Under the pieces are notes generated by a model. That model had not been told where the DNA came from. It saw only the letters and a list, made by a program, of their open reading frames with translations, and made no database searches. The translations under genes and the position numbers were made by a program. Positions 55,040 through 64,000 of a DNA stretch of 64,000 nucleotides are shown here, one piece after another. The stretch comes from Octopus vulgaris. Lineage: Eukaryota. Position 1 is the first letter of the stretch; each line of letters opens with the position of its first letter. The DNA is taken from NCBI GenBank assembly GCA_951406725.2, contig OX597827.1:23560001-23624000 (forward strand), read 5' to 3'.

Positions 55040-57047
55040 ACAGTTTTGGTCCATGACGTGGTACAGCGAAATATTGTGATATCATGGTCGTAGCTAACTT
55101 ATTGTAACATCACTAAGAGTTTCATGTCTACAGTCAAAAATCTTTGCTTATAAAGATGATTATCAGATGAACACAAGGACTTCCCTGGTATTGTACTGTC
55201 GGTTGCGGATGTAAGTAAAATATAGTCTTTAAATGAAGTGTAACTGCTTGCTTCTGAGAGGAAGATCAACTCCTTTACGTTAGATATTTAAGTTTATCAA
55301 TTCTAAAATTTTTCCAAATTTTAAAATGTTTCAAATATATGCTGTGTATATATATGTGTGTGTATGTATATGTGATTGTGTATATATATGTGAGTGCGTA
55401 TGTATATGTAAGAGAGTATTTATAATGCGTTTCAGCGCGGGAACCCATTTAATTTGTTTCCAGGATATTAAAATGAATTTCTTGAAGTGTCTGCATTTGT
55501 TGCAACTGTTAAATCTGACATCTGAATAAATAGTCATTACATTTGTTAAGATCCATTCGTATGAAATACTTCTCAGTATTGCACAAGCCACAGATGCTTA
55601 TCCCGTTACTGTTTAGTTTGAAACGTTTAAGAATTCTCTAGCTGTATTTTGTTGTTTTCTTTTATTTTTAGATATAGTTGGATAGTTTGGTAATATTCCT
55701 TTTTCTCTAAATTTCCGAAGGAATACATATGATTGTAAAACGATATTTGAATGTATCATCCGACATGCCAAAACAATGTTTGCTCTCTGCATGTAGGTCT
55801 TTGTTTTGTTATGATGACTCCGGTCTCGTAGATAATTGTCTCGACTTCTCACGGCTGGCTGAGAAAAACATGAATCCTTGCTTTTCTACAATTTACTTTT
55901 AGTTGTTTAACTAGTTTCTAGAAAGAATATTTGTTATGATTATTGAGCAGCTATATCTTAGTTCCTTTTTTTTCCATTAGATAATATCCGGCAACAATAG
56001 TTTGTTGGAAAATGTTTACTGATTAAGCTTTAAATATTTTTAGTTGTTTTGAAAGGGATGTAGGGGTGAAATATACATTATCTGTGTGACAGCTTGCTGC
56101 TAGTACATTCTTCGAACTTGCTGGCCTTGTGCCAACATTTGAAACTATCATAGGGGGAAACTATATAAAAGATATCTTTATTTGAAGTTAGCATAGAGAT
56201 GCTTCGAACTAATATTTAAATTAGGCTTTTGAAGACAATGGGCACACTGCTGGAATCTTTGTTGATGTCCTTCAAGGCTTATGTTTATTCGTATTTAGAT
56301 TGAATGTAATATCTAAGACGTTAACTATGCTCATATTTTTGGATATTGTTATTCTAATACAGAATTTACTGAAGGCGCTAATTACATATTATATATCAAA
56401 CATGTGATAAAGCCAACCCATCGTCACTATACAGGCGTATATCTATGATCATGAATTTATTCTTAAATGTATCCAGGTTGTAATGACTAGTAACATCAAA
56501 CATCTCTGCGATACCAAGCAAACTCATACGGGTATTAAGTCGATTAGTAGTGTCCATTATTTAAAACAAAGCAAGCTGGAGGTTTTGTCGAATTATAAGG
56601 CTTATGTGGCTTTCTATATCTGGATTTCTATGTCATTATCATTATGGGTGTTGTATGACTTGACAAAGCTTACAAATCTACTGAGTAACAATTTAGAGAT
56701 GAAGGAATAAAACTAGACGATGTCTAATTGAGTAAATGTGTACTCATTTTTGAGATCAGAGACGAAATAATCCATGTGGTCTTTGAGAATTTTATACAGT
56801 TTGCGTTTAACCGCTGCAATACTTAGTTCCCTGTGTTATTACGAATACGTAAACGAACAAACAACATGAAAGCGTACACACGCAATGTTTCTAAACTGCT
56901 TAGAATTTGGTAAAATTTGGAAATTTACTGTAAATATTTTTAATTTAAGGTTGGTAGCCAACCTCACTGAAAGACATAGATAAGTTCCTTATACCATAAT
57001 TTAGGCACAAATTCAATCAGAACTTAATGTTACAGTAGCAAAGTATA

Positions 57048-57078
<31 letters not shown>

Positions 57079-57436
57079 AAAACACCTTTTATCAATTCAA
57101 GAGGAACAATTAAATTACACCATGAATTGATAAAAGATGGGGTTTTTCTAATTTATATATATATATATTATATTTTGTGAAATTTGATTTAGTATTTCTA
57201 AATTGAATTTTTCCCTGTAAGTTAGGAATAATATTCCCTCAAATAATAATTATTATATATATATACAGGGTTCTTTTATATTTATATGATGTCTTTTGCT
57301 GCAAACATGAAACTTAAAGTTACGGAACAATAAAGTAACTGCAACTCCGATAACGCAATAAATATGATGTACTACATGCATACAGATACAGGGACACACA
57401 AACACATACATGTATATACATACATACATACATACA

Positions 57437-57472
<36 letters not shown>

Positions 57473-57641
57473 TATATTTATATATATGTATACAGGTGTG
57501 TATGCGTATGTTAATATGGCTATCGAAACTTTTACCTATTGCTGTAGTGTATGTATTTATGCACGCAAAGGCTGAGAATATATGTATGTATGTGAGTGTG
57601 TATGAATATCTGTAAAAATTCATGCATTGATACCTATATAC

Positions 57642-57711
<70 letters not shown>

Positions 57712-57847
57712 TATACACATACATATACATATATATGTACATATATATATATATATATATTATGTTTTTAATGCATGTATGTATACATATACATATATAT
57801 ATATATATATATACATATATACATGTATATTCATATATATACGTATG

Positions 57848-57896
<49 letters not shown>

Positions 57897-57962
57897 AACG
57901 AGTGTGTGCAGTTACATAACAGTTTGTAAAAATCCGGTATGATTGTAGTGTAATGAAAAATG

Positions 57963-58002
<40 letters not shown>

Positions 58003-58172
58003 TATATATCTACACACACATGCATACATATTTAGAGACATATATAATATATAAGTGTATGCGTGCATGTGTATATGTGTGCGTATGTAGTATATATTCC
58101 TAAACCTAAAACTCGAAGACTTAGAACTTAAAAACTGACACACAAATAATACTTTGCATCATATTTGAATAG

Positions 58173-58388
<216 letters not shown>

Positions 58389-58687
58389 TTCTCTTCCGGT
58401 ACCAAACAAAACGTCCATGTTTTCAGTGAAAGTGAGAGTCTATATGTATGCGTAGTTGCCATGTTTTAAGTTTATATTTGCCATCGAGAGTACAATATCG
58501 AGAGAGTAGTGTGTCGTATTGTAGGTTGGTAGTGATGATTAAATGTTGAATATATTAATCAGAAAAAAATATTAACATATCGCAACAACAATCAACATGA
58601 ATCTGGAAAATATTCCGAATAGAAACGGAAACCGAAGAAATTCAAGGAATTTTACAATTCTTACTGAAGTATTAATTAAATAAATGT

Positions 58688-58776
<89 letters not shown>

Positions 58777-59510
58777 TTATTTATTTATTTATTTATTTAT
58801 ATATATATTTATTTATTTATATATATATACAAATTCCAATGCCTGAAGACTAGCATCACGCTTGAAACTTGAATATTAAAGAAATTTGAATCAAAGTATT
58901 TGATCCACACACACAAACACACACACACTCGCACGCACACACACACAAATGTATGTATATGTGTGTGTTTTTATACATCCAGCCAGCCATACATGCATAC
59001 ATACATAAGGAATGAATGAGCGTTAACAGTTCAATCCATACCACTTATGTTTCCCTATCATGGCGTTTTATTAAGAGTTCGTGGCTGGCATATTGTATGA
59101 CGTAATGCAGGAATAAAATGCCATGCCATTGAAACATATGTAGCATGAAGAAAACGGCTAACGTCCATTCATCTCCTTTTATTATATCTGTTTATCGCAT
59201 GCCGCACGTAACTAATGTTATTACTGAGATTGCAGTTGTAGAGTATTTGTTATAATCGCTCTTACATTTATAATAGAATGATAAAATAGGAATATTGTCA
59301 ATCTGTTTATTAACCAATTATTTGATCAATGATCCTCAATGTAAACTGTTATCCAATCACATGCTACCGGACTAATAACCTGATCCAAACCAAATGATAC
59401 GTACATACACCCATCATACATACACACACGCGCGCACATGTTTATATATGTATGTATATACATATATGTATATTTATGTATATGTATATATATGTATATA
59501 TATGCATGTA

Positions 59511-59541
<31 letters not shown>

Positions 59542-59618
59542 ATATATGCATGTATATATATATATATATATATATACATACATACATATATAAATATGTG
59601 TGTATATATATACATATA

Positions 59619-59664
<46 letters not shown>

Positions 59665-59850
59665 CATACATTGATACATACATATATAAACATGTGTGTG
59701 TATACATATATACATATATATATATACACACACACATGTTTATATATGTATGTATGTAAATATATATATATATACCTACATATATACATATGCATACACA
59801 TATATATATATATATATATGTATGCATGTATATTTATGTATATGTATACA

Positions 59851-59915
<65 letters not shown>

Positions 59916-60889
59916 ACGTAGGACGCCATATGCAGATTGTTGGTGCTTATATTTTAGAATTACTTGGTAAGAATTGTAAAATGACTTGAGCTTCTCCGGT
60001 TTCAATTTCCTATCGGAATCTTTTGCAGAGTCTTGTTGATACAATCAAAGAACTTCATAAATTGCACTAATATTCCCTCCCCGCTCCCCACATCCACCTC
60101 TGTTTTTGTTGTAAACTCTGAAGTCATTTTTCGTGTATCTAAACGAATATTTTGTTCGACGCTTCGTCTCTTTTCAATGTCTTCGTGTTTATTGGATGCG
60201 AGTTGCATTGATTAACTCAGCTGCCTCTGTATCATCGAACATGGCCGTTTATCCTGTGGAGAAAAAATCTTTCTCTTCTCTGCAGAAATGACTTAATAGA
60301 CTGACATTGTGCTACATGGTCGCATCCACATGTCTTGTGTTTTCTATTACATTAAAACTATTCTTTCTAAACATGTGTGCGTGTGATGGCTACTGAGGTT
60401 ATTTTTCGCTTTGTTGTATACGTTATTTACTCCCGGACCTTTGATTATGTATTTCTTAGGATCTTTTAAATAATTATTCCAATGGATTATTTCCACTTTC
60501 AGCCCCTACAATCAGTCAGATTAATTTTGTTCTCAAATTTTGGTATTCGGATAATTTCTATGATTTTTGTTTTTTATTTGTTTTATATTTTTATCTTTTG
60601 GCACTAATATTACGATCAGGGGGTTTTTCCTTTCCTTCACATTTTTTTTTTTGTGGTCCTCGACACACGAAAATACCCGGACGATTCTTCGTGTTTCTCT
60701 AATCTATGTAAATCTACATGTCCCAGAGTATCGTGCCTTTGTCAGTCAACGATACACTATATCAATATCTGTGGCGCTAAATGTTTATTGGATGCGGGCG
60801 AAGATTGAACTCAAAACATTTATAATCCCTTTGCTCATACAATCTTCGACCATAGCATGATGTTCAAATATACATACATACACACACAG

Positions 60890-60920
<31 letters not shown>

Positions 60921-61051
60921 AAGACATATATATATATATACATACATATATTACATACACACATATATATATGCGTATATATATATATACATATATTACA
61001 AACATATATATATACATATATATATATACATGCATATAGATATATACATAG

Positions 61052-61087
<36 letters not shown>

Positions 61088-61137
61088 ATACATATATATA
61101 TATACATACATATACATATATATATATATTCATACAT

Positions 61138-61194
<57 letters not shown>

Positions 61195-62123
61195 TACATA
61201 TATATATATATATACATTTACATATATATATATGCATATACATACATATATACACATACATGCATATACATATGTATATATACATACATATATATATAGA
61301 TACATTTATATATACATACATATATATATATATACACACATATATATATACATTAGTGGCTGCCCCCTCGTTATCGAGTATGGCCATTGCACGAAGCTTA
61401 ATCAATATTGTTATCGTGCAATGCCTGTGCAAGAAGATTTTTTTCGAAGTGAGGAAAGGCTGTGCACTGAGTCAATCCCACTCACTAAGCAACAGCAGCC
61501 ATAATCCGAAAAGAAGAATAAGTCAACATCATCGGTAACCACTGAGCCGCAGGTTTTATGTTGGAGTTATCGCAGTTACCTGAGTTACCTTCTCTTAGAA
61601 GGATGCCCTAACAAAGGCTAGGTGTCCTTCACTCCCAATGGTTTAACCGCGCGATCGGGTATTTAGTCCGATTATTTCTATGTCCCCGCGCATGATACAG
61701 CCTTAAGACATTTACTGGATGACCGTTGACTCTCAAGAATTCCTCCGCCCTTTGACGGGTTTTGTTTTTCATCCCGCAGGGTGTCCAATAAACACCCACC
61801 TCACCAAGCAAGCTTGGTGGGGTTGCCGGTTTAGACGCCGACAACCCGACCATGCAACATGTTGTACTGGGTTACATGTAACCAGTAGCACTCGAAAGTG
61901 ACCTGACACATAATATATATACATAATATATATACACACATACATACATATATATATACATGCATACATATATACATATACATACATATACATACATATT
62001 AATGCATAGATACATACAGATACATACATATATATACATATATATATATACATATATATATACATATATATATACATACATATATATATACATATATATA
62101 TACATACATATATATATGTAAAC

Positions 62124-62181
<58 letters not shown>

Positions 62182-62189
62182 TTACATAC

Positions 62190-62220
<31 letters not shown>

Positions 62221-62542
62221 CATACCTGTACATGCATACATATACATACATACATATGTTTGTGCATAATTTATATAGATATTATTATATATATATTATT
62301 ATCATTATCATATTATGAATGATAACAACAATAATATAGGTAGCCAACGAGCAAAAGCTGATAAATGGCAAATCCAGAATTTTATAATTAATTTATACTT
62401 ATAGAAGGGAACATGCGGTGTCAGCATTGTTGTGAAAGTCCTCCAAGTGATTGGTGGTTTTCTTACAGAATTTTTCGTCTCCGATCTTCACAACAATGCT
62501 GGCACCGTGTGTGCCCTATTATAAATATATATTAATTATAAA

Positions 62543-62582
<40 letters not shown>

Positions 62583-62750
62583 GGTATGTAGAAAAATACA
62601 ACATGGACAAGAACGTATAACTCTTAGAAGACGACACAATAAACACGGACAGGACATTCGAAACCCTCAGTCTTCAGTCAAGAACCGGATCATCGTAGTA
62701 ATTTCGGCTGATTAATCTTGAATATATATATATGCGTGTGTGTGTATATG

Positions 62751-62785
<35 letters not shown>

Positions 62786-62788
62786 ATG

Positions 62789-62833
<45 letters not shown>

Positions 62834-62848
62834 ATGTATATATATATA

Positions 62849-62889
<41 letters not shown>

Positions 62890-63225
62890 CCAAGAAAGAG
62901 TGAGACTTATTACCAGGAAGAGACGGGAGGAGGGACTCAGGCATTGATGCCAGCGGCTTTGACAGTTATTTCTCATGTAAGTTGTGGGTTAATAAACTGG
63001 GAAAGAAAATATTATCTATAAATGTATGCTTCTATGCTGAAATGTATGCATGAATGCACATTTAATATATGTATATATAGATGCATAGATATACAGACAT
63101 ATAATTTATATTTTAGAGATAAATGTTCCGTATATAGAGAGGAGACACCGAGGCGCGCAAGACATTTGAGCGAAAGGAAGAATGAGGAAACGTAATGAGG
63201 AGAAGCAACAGACGGGTCACCAATA

Positions 63226-63294
<69 letters not shown>

Positions 63295-63322
63295 ATATAT
63301 ATAGATATAGATATAGATATAG

Positions 63323-63413
<91 letters not shown>

Positions 63414-63560
63414 TATTATATTATATTAAATTAGAGATAAAACCACTATTAGGCAAATCAAACAATGAAAAACATAACCCAATACATAAAATTAATTAAT
63501 TTATATTATTTTAAATATATATCAAAAGTATTAAAAGTTTAATAAAAGATAAAGAGTGAA

Positions 63561-63630
63561 ACACTACGATCGTTTCATGGCTGTACAATTCGTAATAATT
63601 CGAGTTATGGTTACAGTCAATCTTCAGGTT
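63561..63630 (-). ncRNA. Type I hammerhead motif
   Basis: Minus strand AAC-CTGAAGA-TTGACTGTA...TACAGCCAT-GAAACGATCGTA|GTGT; palindromic stem III ACGATCGT; stem I weak. Confidence 0.55.
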
Positions 63631-63796
63631 AATTGAAATATCTAAAATATAATCAGAAATATTTAAACAATATTTTTAAGATATAAATAATATAATAATT
63701 TTACTTATAATAAACTCTATTATCAAACTAGAAACATAAAACTTAACAATTAAATCTGATTTTTCCCTGTAAGTTTGGATTTATTCCCTAATATTT

Positions 63797-63863
<67 letters not shown>

Positions 63864-64000
63864 TATAGATATATATATAGATATATATATATATGCGTGT
63901 TAAGGCGGCGAGCTGGGAGAAACGCTAGCATGTCTGTCGTTACGTTCCGAGTTCAAATTCCGCCGAGGTCGACTTTGCCTTTCATCTTTTCGGGTTCGGT

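Noticed and set aside
58843-58880. CTGAAGA-CTAGC..GCTT-GAAAC as a hammerhead
   Set aside because: No stem I or stem III partner and no cleavage triplet.
61353-61905. GC-richer structured segments, possibly a LINE 5' UTR with an HDV-like ribozyme
   Set aside because: I could not build the nested double pseudoknot by eye; left unclassified.

Overview
Eukaryotic, AT-rich, microsatellite-dense genomic DNA. The SINE and repeat content suggests an octopus (coleoid cephalopod); this is inference. The only host gene I can support is a + strand histidine decarboxylase (HDC; PLP-dependent group II decarboxylase). Nine coding exons lie at 23043-54669 and splice in frame; the 5' exons were not found and probably lie upstream of the window. 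Introns and flanks hold three decayed mariner transposons with intact ends, a Tx1/L1-like LINE embedded in (GATA)n, several R4/Dong-like LINEs embedded in (TAA)n, a composite non-autonomous Helitron and many tRNA-derived SINEs. The most interesting signal is about ten type I hammerhead-ribozyme motifs from several unrelated, probably Penelope-like/retrozyme-derived families. They include one fully canonical antisense hammerhead 56 nt from an HDC exon and a tRNA-headed SINE-like element carrying a hammerhead. Nearly all ORFs in the supplied track are microsatellite artefacts.
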